Shown here: one piece after another, positions 1 through 9,294 of the stretch
How the letters are laid out: every line of letters begins with the position of its first letter
Numbering within the stretch: position 1 is the stretch's first letter
Assembly (NCBI GenBank): GCA_046295035.1
Contig: JBKBOA010000001.1
Location: forward strand, 42,018-106,017
Direction: 5' to 3'
Length of the DNA stretch: 64,000 nt
Source: Phreatobacter sp.
GTDB taxonomy: Bacteria; Pseudomonadota; Alphaproteobacteria; Rhizobiales; Phreatobacteraceae
The notes under the pieces: model-generated
The model's database searches: none
The model's input: only the letters and a program-made list of their open reading frames with translations
What the model was told of the DNA's origin: nothing
Position numbers and translations under genes: made by a program

Positions 1-170
1 TGATCACCCGGATCGGCCGGGCCATGCTCGTCGAGTTCGACTACCAGGACAATCTGGTGCCCTCCTTCCCCGGCGTGATCGCTCCCCTCGAGGAGCTCTG
101 GGTCACCTGGGTCATGAAGGAGATCGCCCTGAAGCCGACCTACACCGCCATGCTGCGCGGCCTTGCCTGA
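1..170 (+). CDS. C-terminal fragment of a sulfide:quinone oxidoreductase-like FAD-dependent oxidoreductase (runs off the window edge)
   Basis: Frame from nt 3 reads ITRIGRAMLVEFDYQDNLVPSFPGVIAPLEELWVTWVMKEIALKPTYTAMLRGLA*, resembling the SQR C-terminus after the catalytic Cys-Pro motif. Not in the ORF track because it is truncated. Confidence 0.7.
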   Translation, partial: ITRIGRAMLVEFDYQDNLVPSFPGVIAPLEELWVTWVMKEIALKPTYTAMLRGLA

Positions 171-180
171 GGAGAGGACG

Positions 181-540
181 ATGAAGGATCTCGATCCCAT
201 GATCTTCGTGGCGGTGTTCCAGGAGATGCTGGGGCCGCTGCTCTGGCTTCTGGTGGGCCTGGCGATCGCGGGGCTCGTCGGCCTTTTGGTCGTGCTGGTA
301 CGCGACCGGGGCGTGTCGAGCGGCCGCCTCGTGCTGGCCGAGCTCATCGGGCTGGCCGGAGGCTTCGCCGCCCTCGCCCTGATGTGGCTGATGACCCAGT
401 CCGCGCCGGCCGACATCGGCGGGCCGATCGACTGGGTGCTCGTCGCGGCGATCTGGACCGTCGGCGCCATCGGCACGGCCGTCCTCGCCTATGTCGCCAT
501 GAGCCTCATGCGCCGGCGCCCCTTGCCGCCCGCTGCCTGA
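181..540 (+). CDS. DUF5368-like small membrane protein (3 TM), SQR-associated
   Basis: ATG at 181 after GGAGAGGA; three hydrophobic stretches; GGPIDW motif; 10 bp after the SQR-like stop. Confidence 0.75.
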   Translation: MKDLDPMIFVAVFQEMLGPLLWLLVGLAIAGLVGLLVVLVRDRGVSSGRLVLAELIGLAGGFAALALMWLMTQSAPADIGGPIDWVLVAAIWTVGAIGTAVLAYVAMSLMRRRPLPPAA

Positions 541-555
541 GCCCGGCTTCGCCGG

Positions 556-1293
556 TCAGCATCCGGCGCAGCGGCAGGACCGGGTCTCTCCCGCCGCGTC
601 GGCAGCGAAGGCGGCCATGGCCTGCAGGCGCATGGCGCTTTTCGGCTCGACCGGGTTGCGGGCGCAATCGTCGATGGTCGGCAGGCGATCCCGTTCCGCG
701 AGTGAACCGACAGGCGGTTCGAGCTTTCGCAGGAAGCCGTCCTCGACGCCATACATCCAGCCATGCACCTGCAGCGGCTGCCCGCGCTCCCAGGCCGCCT
801 CGACGATCGGCGTCTGCATGACGCGCCGGACCTGCATCTGGACGTTGAGCGCGCAGAGGCGGTCGAGCCGCTCCTGCTCTCCGGCGAGGCCGTCGAAGAC
901 CGCGCCGTGCTTGCGGTAGAGCATGACCAGTGGCTGGAGCCAGTGATCGACGAGGGCCGAACGGTCCGTTCCCATGGCCCGCCGCACACCGCCGCAATTC
1001 GTATGGCCGCAGACGATGACATGGCCGACCTTCAGCGTCTCGACGGCAAATTCGAGCACCGCCAGCAGGTTCATGTCGCTGGTATGGACCATATTGGCGA
1101 TGTTGCGCTGGACGAAGACCTCGCCGGGATCGAGACCGAGGACATCATTGGCCGTGATCCGGCTGTCGGCGCAGCCGATCCACAGATAGTCCGGCGTCTG
1201 CTGCTCGGCCATGCGCATGAAGAAGGTCGGGTCGTCCCGGCGCTTGCGCGCGACCCAGGCGACATTCCGGTCGAACAGATGGTCGAGCGTCAT
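556..1293 (-). CDS. can: Beta-class carbonic anhydrase
   Basis: WIGCADSR, GEVFVQRNIAN and CGHTNCGG zinc-ligand motifs; HGWMY; C-terminal extension ending SCRCAGC. Confidence 0.92.
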   Translation of the reverse strand: MTLDHLFDRNVAWVARKRRDDPTFFMRMAEQQTPDYLWIGCADSRITANDVLGLDPGEVFVQRNIANMVHTSDMNLLAVLEFAVETLKVGHVIVCGHTNCGGVRRAMGTDRSALVDHWLQPLVMLYRKHGAVFDGLAGEQERLDRLCALNVQMQVRRVMQTPIVEAAWERGQPLQVHGWMYGVEDGFLRKLEPPVGSLAERDRLPTIDDCARNPVEPKSAMRLQAMAAFAADAAGETRSCRCAGC

Positions 1294-1323
1294 GAAACGG
1301 TTCTCCCGGCGAAGGTCCGCTCG

Positions 1324-1632
1324 TCAGCGATGCCCGCCGCGGCAGGAGCAGGCGCCCTTGCCGTGCGAGCAGCTGGTCAGCACCCGCCTCAGCAGCACCC
1401 CGCCGGGGTCGCCGGACCGGCCCATCTGGCCGATCAGCGTGGTCCATTCCTCGTCGTCGGCGCCATCGGCATAGTCGGCGAGGCGGCTGACGATCAGCTC
1501 GCCCGGCGATACGCCGCCGGCGTCCGCCTCCACGGTGATGGCGGCCGCCAGCGGGAGGTCGTCGAGGGCCGCGAGCGCCTTCTCCGCCGTCAGCGGGTCG
1601 CCGAGCCGGGCCAGCACGTCACCGAGCAGCAT
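1324..1632 (-). CDS. Small hypothetical protein (102 aa) of the nar operon tail
   Basis: ATG at 1632 with GGAGG RBS, 11 bp after the ppiC stop; MLLGDVLARLGD...DDEEWTTLIGQM...SCSHGKGACSCRGGHR; it is the 3' part of track ORF 1324..2607. Confidence 0.8.
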   Translation of the reverse strand: MLLGDVLARLGDPLTAEKALAALDDLPLAAAITVEADAGGVSPGELIVSRLADYADGADDEEWTTLIGQMGRSGDPGGVLLRRVLTSCSHGKGACSCRGGHR

Positions 1633-1643
1633 GACAGCCTCCG

Positions 1644-2483
1644 TCAATGGACGCGGTGGTCGGCGGCGCCGGCAAGCGCGACGCCGCGGATATCGGCCGC
1701 CGAGACAAGCCGGGCAACATATTGCGCCTGCGCACGGTGGCGCGCGGCCTGGGCGAGATAATCGGCAATGCGGGTGTGGACCAGCTCGAAGGGCAGCTGC
1801 CGCCGCTCGATGCGCCGTTCCAGCCGGACGACATGGAACCCGTAGCGCGTCTCCACAGGTCGCGGGGCGACAATGCCGGGGGTCATCGCCGCCAAAGCCG
1901 CCTCGAATTCCGGAACGGTGGAACCGGGCGAGAGCTGGCCGAGCGAGCCGCCCTGGGCACCCGATGGGCACCGGGAATGGATCCTGGCGAGTTCGGCGAA
2001 AAGGCCGGGCTCGACGACGAGCCGTGCGGCAAGCCGTGTCGCCAAGGCCTCCGCCTCCCGGCGGGCATCCGGATCGCCGGGCGAGGCAGCGACGAGGATG
2101 TGCGAGACTTCCATGAGATCCGCCGAGCGAAATCGACGGCGATTGGCCTCGTAATAGCGCCGGCATTCGGCTTCGCCAGCTTCGGGCACACGCACCTCGC
2201 GCTCCACCAGCGCGCGGATTGCGGCCTCCTCCTCCGTCTCGCTGCGACCCTCCCCGTCGCTTGCCGGTTCGCCGGTGACGCCGAGGCGGCGTGCCTCCTG
2301 AACCAGCAGTTCCTTGACCACGAGGGCCGTGGCGGCCGCCCTCCAGGCCTCGGGCGGCGGCAGGTCCGGGTGATTGCGGGCCTCGCGCCGGATGGCATCG
2401 GGGGCAATGACCCTGCCGTTCACCGAGACGAGGCCGCGACTGGCGGTCGGCCTGAGCGAACGGGCGGGGGGTGGGCTGGACAT
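1644..2483 (-). CDS. PpiC/parvulin-type peptidyl-prolyl isomerase (NifM-like, nar-associated)
   Basis: SHILV, FAELARIHSRCPSGAQGGSLG, EFEAAL and ETRYGFHVV rotamase motifs; directly after narI. Confidence 0.9.
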   Translation of the reverse strand: MSSPPPARSLRPTASRGLVSVNGRVIAPDAIRREARNHPDLPPPEAWRAAATALVVKELLVQEARRLGVTGEPASDGEGRSETEEEAAIRALVEREVRVPEAGEAECRRYYEANRRRFRSADLMEVSHILVAASPGDPDARREAEALATRLAARLVVEPGLFAELARIHSRCPSGAQGGSLGQLSPGSTVPEFEAALAAMTPGIVAPRPVETRYGFHVVRLERRIERRQLPFELVHTRIADYLAQAARHRAQAQYVARLVSAADIRGVALAGAADHRVH

Positions 2484-2503
2484 GCCGCGTCTCCCTCAGT
2501 TCG

Positions 2504-3226
2504 TCAGCTTGCCGGCCGCGAGCTGGCCGATACCCGCCGGCCATCGCGCGTGCGCACGATCTGGTAGCCGCGCCGGCCGAGATACCAGACCGGCGCCGAC
2601 CAGACATGGACGAGGCGGGTGAACGGGAAGACGAGGAAGATCGTCAGGCCAAGAACGATGTGCGCCTTGAAGATCGGGTGCACGTCGGCGATCGCCTCGG
2701 CCGCACCAGGCTGCAGATAAGCGATGCCCTGCGCCCAGGTCATGAACTTGACCATCTCGTGGCCGTCCAGATGACCAAGCGAGAGCGGAATGGTTGCCAG
2801 GCCGAGGCAGAGCTGGACGAACAGGATGACGAGGATCGCGGTATCGGCAAAGGAGGAGGTGGCGCGGATGCGCGGATCGAACAGGCGCCGGTGCAGCAGC
2901 AGGACCAGGCCGACGAAGCAGGCGATGCCTGCAAGGCCGCCCGCGACGATGGCCAGCACCTGCTTGGCCCCATGGGAGATGCCCATGGCATCGAACACCG
3001 CGATCGGCGTCAGCAGGCCGACCAGATGACCGAGGAAGATGGCCAGGATGCCAACATGAAAGAGGTTGGACCCCCAGCGCAGCTGGCGCTTGCGGAGGAT
3101 CTGCGAGGAGGACGCCTTCCACGTGTATTGCTCGCGGTCAAAGCGGATCAGGCTGCCCACAAGGAACACGGTCAACGCCGCATAGGGGTACCAGCCAAAG
3201 AGGATATGGTTGAGCGAGGCAGCCAT
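2504..3226 (-). CDS. narI: Respiratory nitrate reductase gamma subunit (cytochrome b)
   Basis: YPY...QYTWKASSSQ, SNLFHVGIL, HLVGLLTP, FPFTRLVHVWSAP; five TM helices. Confidence 0.97.
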   Translation of the reverse strand: MAASLNHILFGWYPYAALTVFLVGSLIRFDREQYTWKASSSQILRKRQLRWGSNLFHVGILAIFLGHLVGLLTPIAVFDAMGISHGAKQVLAIVAGGLAGIACFVGLVLLLHRRLFDPRIRATSSFADTAILVILFVQLCLGLATIPLSLGHLDGHEMVKFMTWAQGIAYLQPGAAEAIADVHPIFKAHIVLGLTIFLVFPFTRLVHVWSAPVWYLGRRGYQIVRTRDGRRVSASSRPAS

Positions 3227-3238
3227 GGCGCGGCTCCT

Positions 3239-3991
3239 TCAGGAAAGGGGAATGCGGTTGTGGGACACGATGATGCGCGGCCCCGACGACTGCGGTGCCG
3301 AGATACCCTCGGCCGGCCGGCTGGCCGCGCGCAGCCTGGCGCCGAGCGCATCCTTGCCGCAGGCAGCCGTGGCGGCACCGGGTCCGAAGGACACCTCCTC
3401 GTCCATCCAGACGGCATCGAGCGCCTCCAGATCATCAGGCTCGATGCCGTCATCGGCGACGATGGCGGCGAGCGCCTCCGCCTTCGGCCGGGCGCTCGAC
3501 AGCATGACGAGGGCCCGCATCAGGCCGGCATAGGGCGAGGACCGCTTCTCCAGCCGTTCGGCCAGCGTGGTCAGGATGTGGACCGTTTCGGCCAGCAGCC
3601 CGACCGCCTCGGGTGCCGGCCGCAGCGACAGATATTCGAGGAAGGCCGGCAGGTAGTCGGGAAGCTCGGTGGTGGCGAGATGGAGCCCCGCCGCCTCATA
3701 GACCTGCTTCAGGTCGACCATGGCCTGCCCACGGTCGCGGCTCTCGCCATGGACGTGCTCGAAGAGGTGCAGGGAGAGCGAGCGCGTGCGGTCAAACAGG
3801 AAGACGTAGCGCTCCTGCGCTTCGGTGAGGTCGGCCGTGGCCAGCGCGTCGAACAGAGGCTCGATGAGCCGACGGCCGGGTGCCGGCAACAGGCCTTCCA
3901 TGGCGAGGACGATGCGAAGCTCGGGCAATGCGGCGACCATGTCGGCGGATGGATAGGAGAGCAGCGCGGACAGGACCCTGAACGTCTTCAT
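3239..3991 (-). CDS. narJ: Nitrate reductase molybdenum cofactor assembly chaperone
   Basis: Start MKTFRVLSALLSYP overlaps the narH stop (TGATG); LSLHLFEHVHGESRDRGQAMVDL; ELPDYLP. Confidence 0.96.
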   Translation of the reverse strand: MKTFRVLSALLSYPSADMVAALPELRIVLAMEGLLPAPGRRLIEPLFDALATADLTEAQERYVFLFDRTRSLSLHLFEHVHGESRDRGQAMVDLKQVYEAAGLHLATTELPDYLPAFLEYLSLRPAPEAVGLLAETVHILTTLAERLEKRSSPYAGLMRALVMLSSARPKAEALAAIVADDGIEPDDLEALDAVWMDEEVSFGPGAATAACGKDALGARLRAASRPAEGISAPQSSGPRIIVSHNRIPLS

Positions 3992-5508
3992 CACACGACC
4001 TCCATCGGATTTTTCGCCTTCGGCTTGCCGAACAGGCTGGGCCTGGTGTCGCCGTCGGAGCAGCCATTGCCGAACGAGAACCCGCAGGAGCCGCGCAGGT
4101 CGTAGGCATCCTCGGTCCATTCGCGGTGGGTCGTCGGGATGACGAACCGGTCCTCGTAATCGGCAATGGCCATGACGTGGTACATGTCCTCGATCGCCTG
4201 GCCGGTGAGGCCGACGCGGTGCGCAATGGTTTCGTCGATCACGCCGTCAATCGTCTTGGCCCGCATGTAGGCGCGCATGGCGAGCATGCGCTCGAGGCCG
4301 GTGACGACCGGCTCCTCCTTGCCGGCCGTGAGCAGATTGGCGAGGTATCTCACCGGGATGCGCAGCGACCTGACGTCCGGCATCTCGCCGTCGATGCCGA
4401 TCTTGCCGGCTTCCGCCGCCGACTGGATCGGCGAGAGCGGCGGCACGTACCAGACCATGGGCATGGTCCGGTATTCGGGATGGAGCGGGAAGGCGACCTT
4501 CCACTCCATCGCCATCTTCCAGACCGGCGAGCGCTTTGCCGCCTCCAGCCAGGTGTCGGGAATGCCCTGCCGGCGCGCCTCCTCGATCACGCTCGGGTCG
4601 TTGGGGTCCAGGAACAGGCCGAGCTGAGCCTCGTAGAGATCCTGTTCGTTAGCCGTCGAAGCAGCTTCCTCGATCCGGTCAGCGTCGTAGAGCAGGACGC
4701 CGAGATAGCGGATGCGGCCGACGCAGGTCTCCGAGCAGACGGTGGGCTGGCCGACCTCGATGCGCGGATAGCAGAAGATGCACTTCTCCGACTTGCCGGA
4801 GCTCCAGTTGAAATAGATCTTCTTGTAGGGGCAGCCCGACACGCACATGCGCCAGCCTCGGCACTTGTCCTGGTCGATCAGGACGATGCCGTCCTCGTCG
4901 CGCTTGTAGATGGCCCCCGACGGGCAGGCGGCGACACAGGTCGGGTTGAGGCAGTGCTCGCACAGCCTCGGCAGATACATCATGAAGGTGTTCTCGAACT
5001 GGCCATAGATCTCCTTCTGGATGCCGTCGAAGTTCCTGTCCTTCGATCGCCTGGCGAACTCGCCGCCGAGGATTTCCTCCCAGTTCGGACCCCATTCGAT
5101 CTTCTCCATCCGCTCGCCGGTGATCAGCGAGCGCGGCCGGGCAGTCGGGAAGGCCTCCAGTTCCGGCGTCTTCTGCAGGTGCTCGTAATCGAAGGTGAAG
5201 GGCTCGTAGTAGTCGTCGATCTCCGGCAGGTCGGGGTTGGCGAAAATGTTCGCCAGCACCCGCCATTTGGAGCCGATGCGCGGCTGGATGCTGCCGTTGC
5301 GCTTGCGCGTCCAGCCCCCCTTCCAGCGGTCCTGGTTCTCCCAGTCCCTCGGGTAGCCAATGCCGGGCTTGGTCTCGACATTGTTGAACCAGGCGTATTC
5401 GACGCCCTCGCGGTTGGTCCAGACGTTCTTGCAGGTGACCGAACAGGTATGGCAGCCGATGCACTTGTCGAGGTTCAGCACCATCGCGATCTGGGCACGA
5501 ATCTTCAT
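3991..5508 (-). CDS. narH: Respiratory nitrate reductase beta subunit (Fe-S)
   Basis: MKIRAQIAMVLNLDKCIGCHTCSVTCK; CEHCLNPTCVAACP; CRGWRMCVSGCP; AGGAGA RBS. Confidence 0.98.
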   Translation of the reverse strand: MKIRAQIAMVLNLDKCIGCHTCSVTCKNVWTNREGVEYAWFNNVETKPGIGYPRDWENQDRWKGGWTRKRNGSIQPRIGSKWRVLANIFANPDLPEIDDYYEPFTFDYEHLQKTPELEAFPTARPRSLITGERMEKIEWGPNWEEILGGEFARRSKDRNFDGIQKEIYGQFENTFMMYLPRLCEHCLNPTCVAACPSGAIYKRDEDGIVLIDQDKCRGWRMCVSGCPYKKIYFNWSSGKSEKCIFCYPRIEVGQPTVCSETCVGRIRYLGVLLYDADRIEEAASTANEQDLYEAQLGLFLDPNDPSVIEEARRQGIPDTWLEAAKRSPVWKMAMEWKVAFPLHPEYRTMPMVWYVPPLSPIQSAAEAGKIGIDGEMPDVRSLRIPVRYLANLLTAGKEEPVVTGLERMLAMRAYMRAKTIDGVIDETIAHRVGLTGQAIEDMYHVMAIADYEDRFVIPTTHREWTEDAYDLRGSCGFSFGNGCSDGDTRPSLFGKPKAKNPMEVV

Positions 5509-5522
5509 GGCTGTTCTCCTGA

Positions 5523-8500
5523 TCACTCGGCTGCGGCCTGGACGCCCAACTGACGGGCCTTCGCCTCGTCAAAGGGGCGCTCCAGCCAGTCGACATTCGC
5601 CAGCTTGCGGACGATGACGAACTCGTCGCGGTTGGTGCCGATGGTGCCGTAGTAGTTGAAGCCGTAGGCGAGCTGGGCATAGCCGCCGATCATGTGGGTC
5701 GGCTTGAGGACAGCGCGGGTCACCGAGTTGTGGATGCCGCCGCGCTTGCCGGTGGTCTCCGCCCCCGGCACGTTCACGATCTTCTCCTGCGCGTGGTACA
5801 TGAAGACCGTGCCGGTCTTCATGCGCTGGGAGACGACCGCGCGGGCGACCAGCGCGCCGTTGGCGTTGAAGGCCTCCACCCAGTCATTGTCGACGATGCC
5901 GGCGGATGCCGCGTCCGTCTCCGACAGCCAGACGATGGGCCCGCCGCGCGACAGCGTGAGCATCATCAGGTTGTCGGTATAGGTGGAGTGGATGCCCCAC
6001 TTCTGGTGCGGCGTGATGAAGTTCAACACCACCTGCCGGTTGCCGTTCGGCCTATGGCCGATGACCGGCCTGACCGCCTTGAGGTCGATCGGCGGGCGAT
6101 AGACGCAGAGCGCCTCGCCGAAGGCCCGCATCCAGAGATGATCCTGGTAGAGCTGCTGGCGGCCGGACAGCGTGCGCCACGGGATCAGTTCGTGGACATT
6201 CGTGTAGCCGGCATTGTAGCAGACCTTCTCGCTCTCCAGCCCTGACCAGATCGGCGAGGAAATGATCTTGCGCGGCTGGGCGGCGACGTCCCGGAAGCGG
6301 ATCTTCTCGTCCTCCTTGGGGATGGCGAGATGGGTGTGCTCGCGGCCGGTGAAGCCGCCGAGCGAATCCCAGGCCTTGACCGCGACCTCGCCATTGGTCT
6401 CCGGCGCCAGCATGAGAATGACCTCGGTCGCGTCGACGTCGGTCTCGATCTTCGCAAGGCCCCTTGTCGGCCCCTCATGGTGCACGCCATTCAGCTCCTT
6501 CAGAAGCTGGACCTCGTGCTGGGTGTTCCAGGCCATGCCCTTGCCGCCATTGCCGATCTTTTCCATGAGCGGGCCGAGCGAAGTGAAGCGGGCATAGAGG
6601 TTCGGGTAATCGCGCTCGATCACCGTCACCGCCGGCATGGTCTTGCCGGGGATCGGGTCGATCTCGCCCTTCTTCCAGTCCTTCACGTCGAAGGCCTGGG
6701 CGATCTCGCCGGCGCTGTCGTGCATGATCGGGGTGAGCACGACGTCCTTCTCGACGCCGAGCATTTCGGGAGCCACGCTCGAGAAGGCCCTGGCCAGCCC
6801 CTTGTAGATCTCCCAGTCCGACCTCGATTCCCAGATCGGGTCCACGGCCGCGGTCAGCGGGTGGATGAAGGGGTGCATGTCGGAGGTGTTGAGATCGTTC
6901 TTCTCGTACCAGGTGGCGGTCGGCAGCACGATGTCGGAATAGACGCAGGTCGTGGACATGCGGAAGTCGAGCGTCACGAGCAGATCGAGCTTGCCCTCCG
7001 GCGCCTCCTCGTGCCACCTGACCTCCTTCGGCTTGACCCCGCCGGTCCGGCCGAGATCCTTGCCAAGCACACCGTGGGTTGTGCCGAGGAGGTGCCTCAG
7101 GAAGTATTCGTGGCCCTTGCCTGAGGAGCCGAGCAGGTTGGAGCGCCAGACGAACAGGTTGCGCGGCCAGTTCTTCGGGTCGTCCGGATCCTCCCAGGCG
7201 AAGTTCAGTTCGCCAGACTTCAGCGCGCCGGCCACATAGTCCTTCACATCGAGGCCTGCGGCGGCAGCCCTGCCGGCGATCTCCAGCGCGTTCTCCTTCA
7301 GGGTCGGATAAGCCGGCAGCCAGCCCATGCGCACGGCGCGCACGTTGTAGTCGATGATCGAGCCGTCCCAGTCGCCCTTCGGGGCGGTCGGCGAGAGGAT
7401 TTCCTCCGGCGTCACCGTCTCGTAGCGCCACTGGTCGGTGTTGACATACCAGGCCGAGGTCGAGTTCTGCTGGCGCGGCGGCCGCGCCCAGTCGAGCGCG
7501 AAGGCGAGCGGCGCCCAGCCCGACTGGGGTCTCAGCTTCTCCTGGCCGACATAGTGCGACCAACCACCGCCCGACTGGCCGATGCAACCGCACATGACCA
7601 GCATGTTGATCACGCCGCGATAGTTCATGTCGGCGTGGTACCAGTGGTTCATGGCGGCACCGATGATGACCATCGAACGGCCTCTGGTCTTCTCGGCATT
7701 GCGGGCGAACTCGCGCGCAACCGTCATGATCTGGTCGCGCGGCACGCCGGTGATCGTCTCGGCCCAGGCGGGGGTGTAGGGGCCATCGTCGTCAAGGCTC
7801 TTCGGCACGGTGTCGCCGACAAAGCCGCGGTCGACGCCGTAATTGGCCAGCATCAGGTCGTGGACGGTGGCGACGATCGCCTCGCCGTCCTTCAGCGTCA
7901 CACGCTTCACTGGGACCTTGCGCATCAGCACCGAGTCGTGACCGGTCGAGGCGAAGTGCTCGTGCGCGATGTTGCCGAAATAGGGGAAGGCGACGTTCGC
8001 CAGCTCGGCCTTCGGACCCGCCAGCGTCAGCAGCAGTTCGGTGTCATTGCCTCTGGCGTCCTTCTCCTCGAGGTTCCATTTGCCCTTCTCGCCCCAACGG
8101 AAGCCGACAGAGCCATGCGGCACGCAGACCGTCTGTGTCCGTCCGTCGATGGCGACCGTCTTCCATTCGGGATTGTTGGTCTCGCCGAGACCGTCCTTGA
8201 AGTCGCTGGCGCGCAGCTGACGCTCGGGGACCAGGCGGCCGTCCTGCTCGACGAGACGCACCAGCATCGGCATGTCCGTGTAGCGCCGGGCATATTCCTG
8301 GAAATAGGCGGCTTGCCGGTCGACGTAGAATTCCTTCAGGACGACATGGCCCATGGCCATGGCGAGAGCCGCGTCGGTGCCCTGCTTCACAGAGATCCAG
8401 AGGTCGGCGAACTTGGAGGCCTCCGAATAGTCCGGGCAGATGACCACCGACTTGGCGCCGCGATAGCGCGCCTCGGTATAGAAATGGGCGTCCGGCGTGC

Positions 8501-9278
8501 GCGTCTGCGGAACGTTCGAGCCCCACAGGATCAGGAAGCCGGAATTGTACCAGTCGGCCGATTCGGGCACGTCGGTCTGCTCGCCCCAGGTCTGGGGCGA
8601 AGCGGGGGGCAGGTCGCAGTACCAGTCGTAGAAGGACATGCACACGCCGCCGAGCAGCGACAGGTAGCGCGAGCCGGCGGCGTAGGAGACCATGGACATG
8701 GCCGGGATCGGCGAGAAGCCGTAGATGCGGTCAGGTCCGTAGGTCCTGACCGTATAGGCATTGGCGGCGGCGATGATCTCGTTGACCTCCTCCCAGCTGG
8801 AGCGGACGAAGCCGCCATGGCCGCGCATGGAGGTGTAGCTGCGCCGCTTTGCTGCATCCTCGACGATGGAGGCCCAGGCGGCGACAGGCGTGCGGGTGGC
8901 GCGTGCCTCGCGCCAGAGCTTGATGAGCCGCGAGCGCACCATCGGATATTTCACCCGGTTGCCGGAATAGAGGTACCAGGAATAGGAGGCGCCGCGCGAG
9001 CAGCCGCGGGGCTCGTGATTGGGCAGATCCGGCCGGGTGCGCGGATAGTCGGTCTGCTGGGTCTCCCAGGTGACGATCCCGCCCTTGACGTAGATCTTCC
9101 AGGAGCACGAACCCGTGCAGTTGGCGCCGTGGGTCGAGCGAACGATCTTGTCCGACTGCCAGCGTTTCCGGTAGCCGTCCTCCCAGGAGCGGTCCTCGGT
9201 CGTGGTAATGCCATGGCCGTTGGCGAACTGGCCGGTGGCCCGGGTGAAGAAGGTCAGGCGGTCGAGGAAATGCGACAT
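5523..9278 (-). CDS. narG: Respiratory nitrate reductase alpha subunit (Mo-bisPGD)
   Basis: MSHFLDRLTFF; RSTHGANCTGSCSW; EPRGCSRG; SFYDWYCDLP; TPHQKWGIHS; 1251 aa. Confidence 0.98.
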   Translation of the reverse strand: MSHFLDRLTFFTRATGQFANGHGITTTEDRSWEDGYRKRWQSDKIVRSTHGANCTGSCSWKIYVKGGIVTWETQQTDYPRTRPDLPNHEPRGCSRGASYSWYLYSGNRVKYPMVRSRLIKLWREARATRTPVAAWASIVEDAAKRRSYTSMRGHGGFVRSSWEEVNEIIAAANAYTVRTYGPDRIYGFSPIPAMSMVSYAAGSRYLSLLGGVCMSFYDWYCDLPPASPQTWGEQTDVPESADWYNSGFLILWGSNVPQTRTPDAHFYTEARYRGAKSVVICPDYSEASKFADLWISVKQGTDAALAMAMGHVVLKEFYVDRQAAYFQEYARRYTDMPMLVRLVEQDGRLVPERQLRASDFKDGLGETNNPEWKTVAIDGRTQTVCVPHGSVGFRWGEKGKWNLEEKDARGNDTELLLTLAGPKAELANVAFPYFGNIAHEHFASTGHDSVLMRKVPVKRVTLKDGEAIVATVHDLMLANYGVDRGFVGDTVPKSLDDDGPYTPAWAETITGVPRDQIMTVAREFARNAEKTRGRSMVIIGAAMNHWYHADMNYRGVINMLVMCGCIGQSGGGWSHYVGQEKLRPQSGWAPLAFALDWARPPRQQNSTSAWYVNTDQWRYETVTPEEILSPTAPKGDWDGSIIDYNVRAVRMGWLPAYPTLKENALEIAGRAAAAGLDVKDYVAGALKSGELNFAWEDPDDPKNWPRNLFVWRSNLLGSSGKGHEYFLRHLLGTTHGVLGKDLGRTGGVKPKEVRWHEEAPEGKLDLLVTLDFRMSTTCVYSDIVLPTATWYEKNDLNTSDMHPFIHPLTAAVDPIWESRSDWEIYKGLARAFSSVAPEMLGVEKDVVLTPIMHDSAGEIAQAFDVKDWKKGEIDPIPGKTMPAVTVIERDYPNLYARFTSLGPLMEKIGNGGKGMAWNTQHEVQLLKELNGVHHEGPTRGLAKIETDVDATEVILMLAPETNGEVAVKAWDSLGGFTGREHTHLAIPKEDEKIRFRDVAAQPRKIISSPIWSGLESEKVCYNAGYTNVHELIPWRTLSGRQQLYQDHLWMRAFGEALCVYRPPIDLKAVRPVIGHRPNGNRQVVLNFITPHQKWGIHSTYTDNLMMLTLSRGGPIVWLSETDAASAGIVDNDWVEAFNANGALVARAVVSQRMKTGTVFMYHAQEKIVNVPGAETTGKRGGIHNSVTRAVLKPTHMIGGYAQLAYGFNYYGTIGTNRDEFVIVRKLANVDWLERPFDEAKARQLGVQAAAE

Positions 9279-9294
9279 GGCCGGGTGTCCCTGG

